Of a DNA stretch of 64,000 bases, positions 52,207 through 64,000 are shown in pieces. The position numbers and the translations under genes are program-made. The stretch's first letter is position 1. Every line of letters starts with the position of its first letter. The notes below the pieces were generated by a model. That model searched no databases. It saw only the letters and a program-made list of their open reading frames with translations, and was not told the DNA's origin. Location: assembly GCF_000743755.1 (NCBI RefSeq), contig NW_014569537.1, positions 1-64,000 on the forward strand. The letters are read 5' to 3'. Origin of the DNA: Blastocystis sp. subtype 4. Lineage: Eukaryota.

Positions 52207-53627
52207 ATGACGAATCCTTTTCAAACCATCAATTACTCACTCTTACGTCGAAGAGGAAGACTCCGGAATGAAGATACGTAGACTTTGGGTTCATTCCTAA
52301 GAATAAGGAAATTCTTTGCATATCAAATGAGAAACCTATCTTTATCTCAAACAAATCTTCAAACACAAGAAAAGAACTATGTGAATTGTATTCGAATCGA
52401 CAATACGAGTAATCAACTGTACTCAATTCCAATGATCTGATAAGTCGTAGATTAATATCTGGAGACAATATGGGAAGGATTCGTCTTTTTGACCTCACAC
52501 TTCTTGACAAGAAAGCAAGAGAAAGATCAGAAGTTTCTGTATCTAATTCTGCTGATAATCCAAGGTGTTATTTGTATCGTTTTATCTAGTGTAGATGTCA
52601 TTCGAAGATGATCACCTCACTTTCGTGGTATCCTATTGACAATGGATTGTTTCTCTCAGGTAGTACTGATCAGTTTGTCAATGCATGTCCACTTTGTATC
52701 CATGACACGTAGGTTTGGGATACCGAGCATTTTTCGATTGTTTCTCACATTCGATATAAACACCCTGTTGTAGATGTTGAAATGCCGACATTCGGATCGT
52801 TCACTCACAAGATGGCAGCAATTTGTAGTGGTCTCAATGGGATTTCGTTAATCGATCTATTTTCTGGAAATACAACACAGGAAGTTATCGGTGGACCTGA
52901 ACGAGCTACTTGCTGTTGTTGGAACCCGATGTGAAGATACAGGTGCTTAAGTGAAAACTAGAAATGAATATGAGATTGCTGTGGGGGATGCTAGTGGTAG
53001 CTGTGTGGTTTATGACATTCGGAAAATGGCGGGTCACTGTGTCGTTAGGTGACCAAACATGAGTGTGCTGATGCATAGTGAATTTGATAATCCAATATAT
53101 ATCCTTATCCACAATAACTACATTCTTTCTTAATCTAACATTCTGCTCCAATTACGTCTTGCTTCTATACTTCCGATGGTAGTCGATTTATCTCGTATGT
53201 GATTGTCATTTGAAGTCATCTAGAGTTGGAGCTGAACCAAATCCCATTCGAGTCTTTGATGGATTCTCCTTACAAGCTAATCCCATCTCCATTGATGGAG
53301 TTTCTCCGTGGGGAAGTATTGTATTGAAACCATGTCTGGCGGGAGATTCATATTTATGTTATCCTGACTCTGTGGCTTGTGCTGTGAAAGTGATTGAAAT
53401 TGATTCAGGTGAGTGTGTAAATACTATTGTTGGACATATGGATGCTGTAACCTGTTGCTGTTTCCGACAGGAATTATGTGAATTGTAATGATGAACTGAG
53501 TGGTTTATAGTGAGATATTCTGGAGGTCGTGATGGTTTCATTCTTCGTTATGACAACATTCGTGTGAATGAAAGCAATTTCCGAGGGAATGATTCTCTTG
53601 AAGAGTGGGAAGATGACAGTGAGGATT
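52207..53627 (+). CDS. WD40 protein ERCC8/CSA-like; stop likely made by poly(A)
   Basis: WYPIDNGLFLSGSTD..VWDT, GHMDAVTCC, YSGGRDG, acidic W-containing tail EEWEDDSED. Confidence 0.8.
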
Positions 53628-53650
53628 TGGATGTTTGTTAACCAACATCT

Positions 53651-54228
53651 TCACTCTACTGTACCAGCACAATCCAAATGTGTATAGTTATGCCCATCGA
53701 ACAGAATCTAAAGTTCAGACCAATAATCATTCTCGTACTTTATCTGTGAGGTACTCTCCACAATGCTTACAGGGGAGAGTCTTTAGTTCATTAATACAGT
53801 TCGCACAAAAAGGACGGAATTTGGATTCTCCATTATAGGTTATCATCCGTTTATAGAACTTGTCGTCTGTAAAAGGAGCTCTGCATCGAAAGCAAACAAA
53901 ATGATACTAGACCATGAGTAGAGACGATTTACGTTACATAATGATAGAATTGGTTCATAGCTTCGATAGACTTAGATTCGGTAATTTCGTGTCCACATTC
54001 AGCACATATCTTATAGTACTCCTTTTCATAACATTGGAGACAATACACAGTATTCTAGACATCATCACTCGTTTTCAGATTAACATCGCGGATTTGAAAC
54101 GGGTTAGGGCTCACCTTCTTACCACACTTCTGACAGACGAAACAATCAACATGATACGTTTTTCCAGCAACGTCCAAAACAGTTCCACAAAGAGGTTTAT
54201 CACAACGAGGACATAGCTCCTTGCTCAT
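53651..54228 (-). CDS. LIM-domain protein
   Basis: CPRCDKPL..KTYHVDCFVCQKC, HFVCFRCRAPF, CANC..CKHC. Confidence 0.8.
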
Positions 54229-54291
54229 CACAATCAATTCTGGTAAAAACAAACAAAGAATAAGAGAACAAGAAACAAAAAGCAAAAAGTC

Positions 54292-56758
54292 TCACAACTC
54301 CATCATATCATCAATCATATCATCAATCAAGGACGGTCGAAGAATATCACTCACTCGGACATCATCTGACAATGTTGCTTCCACATCACTCATCCGTAAT
54401 TCACCCACAATCTCTCGTAGTTCCTTACTAAATTGGGATGAAGTATCGGAGATTCTCTGTTCCTGAAGGGGCGGAGAGGGAATGGTTAGACCTTGTCGCT
54501 GACCTTGATCTTGATGTGGTACTGTAAAACGATGAACTGGAATATGAGTCTGTTCTGTGGATACTGTATCCGCTGTTATGCGCGATGAAACACCTTTTGG
54601 ACGAATCAAAGGTCCCCAAGGTGTTTGTTTGTTTTCAGATTCCCGCGGGGATGGATCAGGAATGACAACAGGATCAATAGCATAAAATTGAGGTTGAGAA
54701 GGAGGTGGTTGTGGAGGTGTTTTATTACGATGAAGAGAGAGAGTGAGATGAGGAGGGAAGGTAGGAACAGGAGGAGGTGGTCCTTTGCGATGTGATAGGA
54801 GTGGTGGAGACTGCTTTATGGTGGAATGAATTCCAGGTGGAGTACTTGGAGAAGAACTTGGAGAAGAACCAGGAGGAGTAGCAGGAGTAGTAGCAGGTGA
54901 AACAGCAGGTGACGTACCAGGTAGAATACCAGATGGAGTCACCAACTTTGCTGTATCAGGAGATGTTACATAACAAGGTTCTGATTGTTTGAGAAGTGAT
55001 ATGATTTGATTCAATTGTAACATTTGTGCATCCTTCTGTTCTATTCCTAATCACATTTCATTCAATCTCACGTAATTGTTCAGATAACCTCTGAATCTGC
55101 GATTTCAACAATTCAATCTCTTATAATTATTCTCTTCTTATAATCAAACCTTTCTCTTTCTGTATACAAATTTCATTCACTTCATTATCATAACAGTGAA
55201 TCAATTCAGTTAATATGGATTCTTTGTTCTCGTGATGTTCAGTAATCCTTGAACACTATACTTATAATCACTATACAATTTCTACCATTTGTCGGATCTG
55301 TTGTGTCAAATGAGATCGACCTGTAGCTATAAGTCTATTTGGTTTCGCATTCACTCGAAGACGCTCACACATCTCCTATCAATCAATCCATTCTTAGGCT
55401 ACTACAGACACAACTGAATCCCGAAAAACAGTTTCAATCTCATCGATATGATGGAAACAACGCTCACAAAGAGGAAGTGAAGAAATGTCAATTGTGGATG
55501 AGGTGAGATGAAATGGAGAGATTGTTGTATGAGGTAGTAGAGGCTGAACTGAAACTAAAGGAATCATTGACACAGCATCCAGAGCTGCAACAGTATCATC
55601 AATGTCTCGACCATAATTGCTTAAAGTATGAATGAAAATGACCGAACCTGGCTTATCACTCAATAAGTGATCCTTTAACAGTGCTGTCAGCTGACAGTAA
55701 TGATATGTTGTGATTCCTTTTTGACTGAGAAGCGTCTAGTAATAACTTGATTATTATAAAATCACTTCTTTCTCTTCATTCTCTGGAGCTTCTACCACCT
55801 GAGCCACACATTTGATCAACATTTGCATAGATACAAAACTCCGTTTGGATAACGTTGTCAACTGCCCACGGTTATTTTGTACTTTTTGCGGTTCACATCC
55901 AGCTAGATCTACAAATCGAGCAGCAGCGATGGAAGTATCAACAGAATTGATTCCTAGGAATAATAAAAAGACTATGAACGAACGCATGACCAGTCGAATG
56001 GTGTAAATGATATGAATATCCTCCGAATTCTTCTGCCTTGCAGTATTGTAAATTTGAATGTTACGAAGTCCTCGTGATAAAATGGACTTGGATTGAAGAG
56101 AAGAAGTCACTTCCAGCTCACAATAAGTTGGAGTAGATCCACCTGAATAGCTTCCTTTGAATTCAGGCCGTTCCCTACAGCTAACATCATTTTAACTCGA
56201 TTACGTCAACATATCAACACTGGATTCTTCATACACACCAACAATCGATAGTTTCAGAATGTAGTTTTTCTGTGATGCTTTACTGTGTTGAGGGATCAGA
56301 TCCAGTAAATGACGAATCGATCTCAAGAGCAATCCATCGTTACTACGTCTAATCTCGACCCATATTCCTTACTTTGAATTTCCAACACTTGTATAGCTCT
56401 TTCCACTTCCTGTTAATCCATAACACACAAAAAGGGCATTCTTCTTCTCAAATAGCTTCTCAACGTAACTCTGTCCGAACTTCTGAAAAAATGACAGCTA
56501 CACCTTCATGCCGATTCTTCTCACATACCTGATCTACGGAAGGGTCTACTAAACCAGATGAAGAAAAATGGGCTTCCTTCCTTCCTTGACGATAATACTA
56601 GAATGAAGAGGAGATTGTATACTCACTGTTGAAGTCACTGGAAATACTACATCAAAGGATGTGTTGGATGTCTTCTTGAATAGAGGAATAAGTTCCGTAG
56701 ATCCCGATCTCTGGGGTCGAAAGCGATCGATAACAAGGACCTGCTTTGGACTCTGCAT
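54292..56758 (-). CDS. Divergent kinesin-like protein with Pro-rich tail
   Basis: RFRP, P-loop YGLTGSGKSYT, switch II FVDLAGCE; coiled coil and Pro-rich region. Confidence 0.75.
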
Positions 56759-56929
56759 ACGATCTCACCTATATCATAAATTGGTTCTTGCGATGTTTAC
56801 GCCAAGGTGGAATTCAAATCAATTGGGTTTCTAGCACGAGGACGGGATAGTGAGTCATCAGCTAGAAGGCGGTATTTCGGGAGTCCAAATACCGGCGCCA
56901 TTTTGAGTGGTCAAAAAAGTATCTTCAGA

Positions 56930-57484
56930 ATGCTAACACAAAAACTATTGAAGTATAAGTGTATCGGAAGAAAATCATTTGTTCCGCCTATTGGCACAAT
57001 TCTGCAAAGATCCGTATATGATCTACCTGATGTGAGTCGGGAGATGTTCATCAAACACTGTACGGTATTAATTGAACGACGTGGATTTAGTAATATCCAT
57101 CTTGGAGTCAAAAAACTCTCTCGTGATGGAAAGGTTGAAACGTTTGATATCTCATATGGATATGTCATTCGCCATTACTGTAAATGTAACTTTGGAGACA
57201 ATCCTGTTCAGGAGTCGGAGATTAAAGCCTTTGAAGTCGGATCTTGGTAGAGTCCTCACCATTAGAAATCGCTGCTTCGTTGCAATATTTTGCCAACACG
57301 AGGAGTATTCTTTAGCCAATCTCCTTTTGTAAAAGGTGACTTAGATTTCGATGTGTTACTAGTTGACCCTGAAAATTACTCAATGCTGTATCAAGATGCG
57401 GTAAAAGATAGGGTAATTCGGTATTGTATGTACTGCGCTTGTATTTGTGCCACTATTCTATTATACTGGTCATGTAGGAATTAG
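56930..57484 (+). CDS. Small protein with possible Mrr/restriction-endonuclease-like fold and C-terminal TM
   Basis: FIKHCTVLIERRGF..CKCN..VQESEIKAFE..RGVFFSQSPF pattern; a 30-nt intron joins the two frames. Confidence 0.45.
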
Positions 57485-57499
57485 ATTGTATATTTTAGT

Positions 57500-58209
57500 C
57501 TAGTTGTTGATGATCTTAATGTTCACTCCAAGAGATGGAGGGCCAAGTATCGAAGTTACAAGCGTGAGGTCCATATTATACACGACGAGGAGGAAGAAGA
57601 TGATGATGAAGAAGAAGTTATTGCTCTCTGGCCTACGAATTAACAAAGACATGTTTGCTAATAATCCTTTGGATGGACAAGAACCATATCCGATGAGTAG
57701 TTCTAGTAACAAACACTGTATTCCTAGGAACTACGGAAATGACAAACGACACAGAATTGATAGATCTATGAATTTAGATACTCCAATAATCACAAACACT
57801 CATAATTAACACACCACAATCAATGAAAACATTAATGAAATTAGAAAACACAATCTTCGTGGTAATATCTTGTATATGGTAAATGCAATTGATTAATACC
57901 AATACACTCATTGTGGAGAGTATTCCCATTATCTACAGCTAATCCAGTCTTTCCAAAGCTACAATTCTCTTCAAATTCTTTGTAACATGAATACAACAGA
58001 ATAACACAATTGCCTCACCCAGAATGGGAACAGACAAGGCAAGAAAGAACGAAAAGTAATCCTTCCAGACAAGAACAGCCAATAGAGTGACCAGAACACC
58101 CTATGCTATCAATTTGAAAGAGCATCCAAACTAATGTGAAGGATGATGATACTGTCATGCGACGAACACTTGTCTCTTCCTTTTCTTTCTGTAGCAATCT
58201 ATTTATCAT
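57500..58209 (-). CDS. Hypothetical hydrophobic protein (model unresolved)
   Basis: ATG at 58209, hydrophobic ORF fragments and GT-AG candidates; no family recognised. Confidence 0.25.
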
Positions 58210-58519
58210 ATTTACGGGTCAAAGAAACTCTTCTTTATTATTCAAGACATCGTCTTTTGTGTTCACAACTACATTGTTACTAATTTATCCTACACACACA
58301 ATTCAAAGTATTCCACTGTGTAGACGGCTCATTTGACGGATCCTTGAAAAGGGTTTGTTTTGACTCGCAGGCGATAGCTTGTCCAACAGGAATGGAATAA
58401 TTCATTATTGTCTTCTAAGATTATCTGCCGGCTTTAACAAATATACCGAATCCTCAGACACAATTAGGGTTCGATTTGGTCGTTTTTGAGTTCATTGTAC
58501 TCTTCTCTTCCAGTTCGAC

Positions 58520-60139
58520 ATGAAAATCTGCTTATTTCTTTTTATTGTTCTTTTTACGGCTGGGTATGAGTTGGAAGGTACATTGAACTGTAGATATTAT
58601 TTCTATGTATCCAAGTACATGACTAATCGCAAAGATGACCATTTTCGAACATTCGTAGTTTTTGTTGTCACATTTGATTTTTAGGTTTTCAAGACTGACA
58701 GTCCAACAAGAGGAACCATACTGACACATGGTATTCTATTTTAGTTCATCTGATCATGAGATGCGGAAGTTCGTTTCAATAATGAGTTGACGAAGTCTCC
58801 ACATGCCTTTCAGTCTCAAATAATACAAACAAATAATACTCGTGTGGAGGTGACTCCGTCTCTCAAAGTGACAGCACGACCAATTCCTGAAAGTAGGACA
58901 TTAGGACGTTAAAATTCCATAATAGGCGTACTTAACTTTACTCTTCTCATTCCCAATTCTGAGAAAGCAGTGTGTAGTGATTGTTTTATTCTTCATATGG
59001 GACAGCGTATTCCATATAACCGTAGGTGAAGAGCATGAAATGAACCTAAGAAAGTGACTCTCTTATTCGAGATCCAAATCGTGTTTCGATCTCCATTATC
59101 ACTTCTTCTACGTTCCTTTGGTTTAATCTTTTCACCATAGATTTGAGCGTTTAGCCTTTCTTCCTCATCTTCTGAAGCGATGGCCTTCTTATTTCGTGAT
59201 AGCTGTTCAGTGCAAGAGTAACCATGTTAAACAAACAGTCAAGTATGTTCAGGAGTTAAATCTTCCTGATCGTGTGTCTATTGTTGTGATGCCGCTCCGA
59301 CCTACACAAAACAAGTTCTATGTGAACAAACTACGAAACCTTGCTATTAAAGCAATACGAACAACTCACTTCATTCCACTTGACATGGATTTGTGGCCCA
59401 TGGGTTTGATTGTCTTCCTTCCATTACATCTAGAGAATTTGTATTCCGAGCTTATTTCTCTTCCATCTGGAATCCTCAATTCCAACGAAACTGCTGTGAT
59501 TATCCCTGCTATGTTTCTTAAGCCCAGTTTGATCTTACCGAACTGTTCTTCTATTTTGGATTGTGCTCTGAAGAGCGAAGCGTTGTTCCCTACCAACAAG
59601 AGCGAATTGCGGACATGTCTTAACAAGCATGTCTGCTTCACCATGAAAGAACGTGGTTTACAACACGTACTTCAAATTTAATGATTGCTATTGTAGCGTT
59701 ATGTAACTTCGAAGTGGATTTACTTGGATGATCCTTTCTTCAAAATGAATTGTTTTTCGAATCGACTTCAAGAGCCGTATTTCTATTCATTTGAATCCAT
59801 TCTAGTTATATCATGTTGAAATATGATAAGGAGATGTTGTTGTTTGATGAACGATTTGTCGACTATGGATGCAATAAGGTTCAGTATGTGGATCATCTTC
59901 GACTCATTGGATATGAGTTTTATCTCTTAGGACGATCGTTTGCTATGGATCTTGTTCATCATGAGTTAAACTTGATTTAATTAATGATCTGTAGTTCATC
60001 ATATCGTAAATGGTATTTATCCTATGCAAGAGCAGCCAAAGAATCGAAAATGCGAAAAGTGTGTAATGCCTACATGGATAAGGCACAATTCTTGTATCCA
60101 TCTAGTGCTAAAGTGAAAATATGCAATTCCTTATATTAA
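58520..60139 (+). CDS. GT49 (LARGE/B4GAT1-like) glycosyltransferase
   Basis: N-terminal signal anchor; YVNKLRNLAI..LDMDLWP (DxD), QEPY, FDERFVDYGCNKVQ. Confidence 0.88.
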
Positions 60140-60149
60140 ACAGTGTTTC

Positions 60150-61080
60150 TTAACTGTAAAGTAAACTCTCTTGATCTTGCTTCTGACGGCGCTTTTCTAG
60201 ATAGGAGCCTGTACATGTCGTAATATAAATAATCGACACTACAACTAGCAACATCACTACAATCACCATCAAGGTGATTATTCCAGTGACCTTAGGTGAT
60301 GCTATGCACCCATCATAGTTCAGTCGTTTAAACTGATGGCTGCTGTGAATTAGGTAATCTTCTACAACATGAACTTGCATACGAATCACTACCTGTAAAG
60401 TATAAATCAATTGTCTCTGTGTATCCTACAGCTTCTAAATACGAAGCAAAGGGATTTGCACCTTTGCTGTCTGTGCAATTCAATGTTCTGTTCATAAGTC
60501 CTTTCATTCAATCCAACGTGACATCATATTCCTTTGACACTTCAATTGGAGTCTGGCAAGTCCATTGTTTCAACCAAGTGTCTTGCATCATGGTGATGTA
60601 ACACGACATATACAATATATCTCCTGTGATATCTACAAATTTGGCATGATTATGCATACTGTACGGGTGGAATTACCTTTCATCTTTCCTTGACTATCCA
60701 TTACTATGACTATTAAATGCTACATAACACCATTAAATTGGGCATAGACCTGAGCTCCTGTTGAACATGTTGCATCGTCATAAACATACCAAGCAACATC
60801 AATGTCTGTTGGAAGACCGTCGATACTTCCAAAGATTTTTGTTACTACTTGGTGATCTAAATCCTATTCGTTTAATCTATTCACTTACTGTCCCAACAAT
60901 CCGACAGGAACTCACCACAATCTTCGTATTATACATAATTTAAATATACTTACTAACATTTCCAAAGTCTTTTTGTCTAAAATTGAAACTCTGCATCATT
61001 TCTTACCTCGCAAGTATTGCTACATTACTATTGTATTGTGCAACACAGAGGGGAACAATGAGGAAAACGAGAAAGAACAT
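60150..61080 (-). CDS. Hypothetical type I membrane protein
   Basis: Signal peptide MFFLVFLIVPLCVA; TM IITLMVIVVMLLVVVSIIYI; short tail ending ESLLYS. Confidence 0.6.
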
Positions 61081-61234
61081 GTGTAAACAAACAAAATCTC
61101 AATGAACATTTTCACTTATGTATTCTGCCACTAGAATGGATCTCGATTAGCCAAGTGGTCTCTCTGTGTATGGAATCGAGGATGGGTGGTTGGAAAGCGT
61201 CAGGAACAAACAGGATTAACAGATACCGTTTTAT

Positions 61235-62210
61235 TTATCCCCAGTCCTCTTCTTGAATGATCTGAGCAACTGTTTTGAAGTTCATTGGAATGTGCTTCTC
61301 GATGTCTTGTTTCTATGTATGATTCCATTTACTCGATATTTACTCGTGATATTTGCTTCCTTCGAGTGATTTCCCGTTGAATAGTCAGTTGCTGTTGTCT
61401 TAATTCGGTATACTCCTGATTCAAAGCCAGCAGTCGTGAGTTCAGATTCACAGACTATCTATCACCATTCCATCAGATATACTTCTGTCTGTCTCTTCTT
61501 CCATTGGAGCATTAGGGTGTTGTAATCTTCTTGTTGAAGGATTCGCTCCATCTGCAATCGTTCAACTTCTTCACGATGAGAGGAAGTAGCTGAATCCAAT
61601 TGTTTTCGTGTTTCCTCCAGATTTTGTAGTTCTTTCATCTTTGATGAATTCACTGTTGTATTCCTACTTGTGTGTCCATATGACCTCGATTTGATTCTAC
61701 CTCTTTTCTTACAGATTGTTCAATGAATTGAACCCATTTCTGATGTTCTTGAATATGAAGTTGCTTAAGACGATCTCTCTTCTTTGATAGCTGCTGGAAT
61801 TGTAATTGTAGGTCTTGGATCTCTTCACTTAAACGAGCATATTGATCATCATTCTGTTGAATTTCGTGTAGTGCCTCCTTTCGTCGTAGCATACGTTGTC
61901 CATTCACTAATTCTGAATACCCGATCTGTATCCTACTGGATTCAATTTGACACAATTTCAGCTCTTCCATTTCTTGTTCTCTTTTCACTAGTCCTCAATC
62001 TCTTCACCCACAATCACATTCCTCATATCGTTTTGAAGCAATTCCAAGAGCCTCCTTCTGTTTACTCAATTCCTGCTGATTCTTTTCAATGTGACGTGTC
62101 AATTCATCCACCTTTTGCACAAACTACATTCTTGATTCTTCTATTATCACTTTACTCCTGATATTGCATCGTTAGAATCCATTTGCTAGTCAAATCTGTT
62201 TTCCCTCCAT
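61235..62210 (-). CDS. Hypothetical coiled-coil protein
   Basis: E/Q/K/L-rich exons separated by short introns. Confidence 0.55.
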
Positions 62211-62254
62211 TCTCAATTATTATTCGATTGTGATTCTCATTCTTTGCAGGTCGC

Positions 62255-62518
62255 ATGGAATCAACGACTCAACTTATTGACGATGGAGAGGAAGAAGTGT
62301 TCCTTCAACAGCTGGAGATGTACAAGAAACGGAAAATAGAATTTACTCCTGAAACCGAGCAGCTTTATGTGAAACTATTATGGCGGAAGGTAATCAGTTT
62401 CCATGATCGTTCTCACGTTTAGAAAATGGCAGAAATGGGCCTTCCATTATTCAATCTTGACAAAGAAATCCTTACAAGTCTCAAGAAAACAAGAAAGAGA
62501 GAACAACTGGCAAAATAG
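62255..62518 (+). CDS. Small hypothetical protein
   Basis: MESTTQLIDDGEEEVFLQQLEMYKKRK..; one short intron restores the frame to TAG at 62516-62518. Confidence 0.45.
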
Positions 62519-62520
62519 TA

Positions 62521-63440
62521 CTATCTATTTGAATGAAGGAACAGTTCTTCACAGAGTTGTCGAGTGTGGACAGGACCATGAACGTGATGACCAATAGTTC
62601 TGGGATCGTTGTAGATTTCGTAGTCGTTCCCTCCAGGATGGATTTTGTCTCCGAAGAAGTGGATTTCATCGTATTCGGAAAGGAATTGTAAACAGTATGT
62701 TTTATCGAAACCCTATATATCACGGATCCAAACCAATGACACGTTTGGAACAACATCAAATGATGTTTGGCCTCCAATTAAATATGTAAAGTTAAGCTCC
62801 TTGAAATGAGCTTTCAAATCCTCAATCATCTTCTCTCGGATGTGATGGATCTACTTAAGAATCCATGCAGAATCATACCTTGTCGTATTCTTCAAAAAAG
62901 ATCCTTTCTTTAAGACTGGCATCGCGACCAAGAGGACAAATATTGATCATGGATGTTCTAAACTGGATAAATGTCCCTCTATGAGTTACAGTTCCAACAA
63001 GTATATACCGTTTTATCGGTAGATCAAGATCACTTAAATAGCGCAATGCATAGTTAATAAACGAATTCAATTGCTCATCTGTATACTTATCTGTGAGATA
63101 CTGCACGTCATTAACTGATTCAACTTTTACGGCGACATGAAAGAGTTGGTTCCTTTTGTAGGCAGTACTTCCATTCTGAGAAAACAGAAAGTTCGTCTGT
63201 GAAATCACTTGTACTGATTCTACTGTAATCTCAACTTACAATCTTCCCCTAACTGAACCTTATGTTTGGCATAATCTGCACCTCCAACAAATCCAATATC
63301 AATCACCGAAGATAGATTCAGAATGAAATCTTTCATCTTCGGTGAAATGTCCTACTATTCACCCAATTTTCTGCAAGTACCTTTCTGGGCTCCGTCAGAG
63401 TTCCGTCAACATCAAACAATGCAATACTACGATGTGACAT
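62521..63440 (-). CDS. PMM: Phosphomannomutase (HAD type)
   Basis: [46 protein letters not shown]. Confidence 0.93.
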
Positions 63441-63491
63441 GAAAGTTAATGATAAGAAACAAGACAAAGGCAAAGAATATTACTGCAGACA

Positions 63492-64000
63492 TCAAAAGCT
63501 GAAGTTAAAATTCATGGTAGCAGGATTCGGTTGTTGAGGCTTCATCTGTTGGGGCATGTTGTAGTAGTTGGCTTGTTGCTGCTGCATTCCATAGCCCATT
63601 GCAGGTTTATTATAGTTCGTCTGTTGCTGCATACCATATCCCATCTGCGCTTGCTGTGGCATATTGTATCCACGCTGTTGCATGGAATAGTTCATTTGCG
63701 CCTGCTGGGCACTGTATCCCATTTGCCCCTGCATGCCGTAACCCATCTGAGGTTGAGCAACAGGTTGTGTCTGCATTCCATAACCCATCTGAGGTTGAGC
63801 AGCAGGTTGAGGTTTGTTATACAGACTCATAATACTACTCATATCCACTTTGGGAGTAGTTGGAGTTGGCGTATTGACTACTGGAGTGGGAGTGGTAGGT
63901 GTATTCGCCACAGGAGTGGGAGTCGCTGACATAGTCATGCTACTCATCAGATCTTCCATGGGAGAGGCCTCAGGAACAGGAGACATGTTGAACATATCAT
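63492..64000 (-). CDS. C-terminal part of a probable second SMAP-like ArfGAP (5' end outside the window)
   Basis: DMSSIMSLY, MGYGMQ repeats and the NFNFSF end parallel [13 protein letters not shown] and NFEFW of the gene at 15230-16618. Confidence 0.6.
   Translation of the reverse strand, partial: DMFNMSPVPEASPMEDLMSSMTMSATPTPVANTPTTPTPVVNTPTPTTPKVDMSSIMSLYNKPQPAAQPQMGYGMQTQPVAQPQMGYGMQGQMGYSAQQAQMNYSMQQRGYNMPQQAQMGYGMQQQTNYNKPAMGYGMQQQQANYYNMPQQMKPQQPNPATMNFNFSF

Noticed and set aside
53651..56758. Kinesin-LIM fusion
   Set aside because: The kinesin has a TGA at 54292 followed by TGTTTGTT, and the LIM ORF has its own ATG at 54228.

Overview
Extremely compact eukaryotic nuclear DNA. It is most likely the anaerobic stramenopile Blastocystis (inference from a TPI-GAPDH fusion, introns of about 30 nt, intergenic gaps of tens of bp and a recurrent TGTTTGTT 3' motif). 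I built about 40 intron-split protein genes by hand, plus one tRNA-Gln(CTG); exon boundaries are approximate. The strongest hidden signal is a fixed geometry, T/TA-N4-TGTTTGTT. At least eight genes appear to get their stop codon from polyadenylation. Six more have a genomic stop whose first T sits at the same position. Tandem downstream genes start only 4-31 nt after the upstream gene's motif. Other points of interest: a stand-alone PNO-type diflavin reductase with a mitochondrial presequence, a catalytically degenerate NagB, a RuvC-like nuclease, an Mrr-fold protein, bHLH-PAS, DENN-PDZ and PRP38-Tudor architectures, a GC-AG intron candidate and one abnormally long intron.
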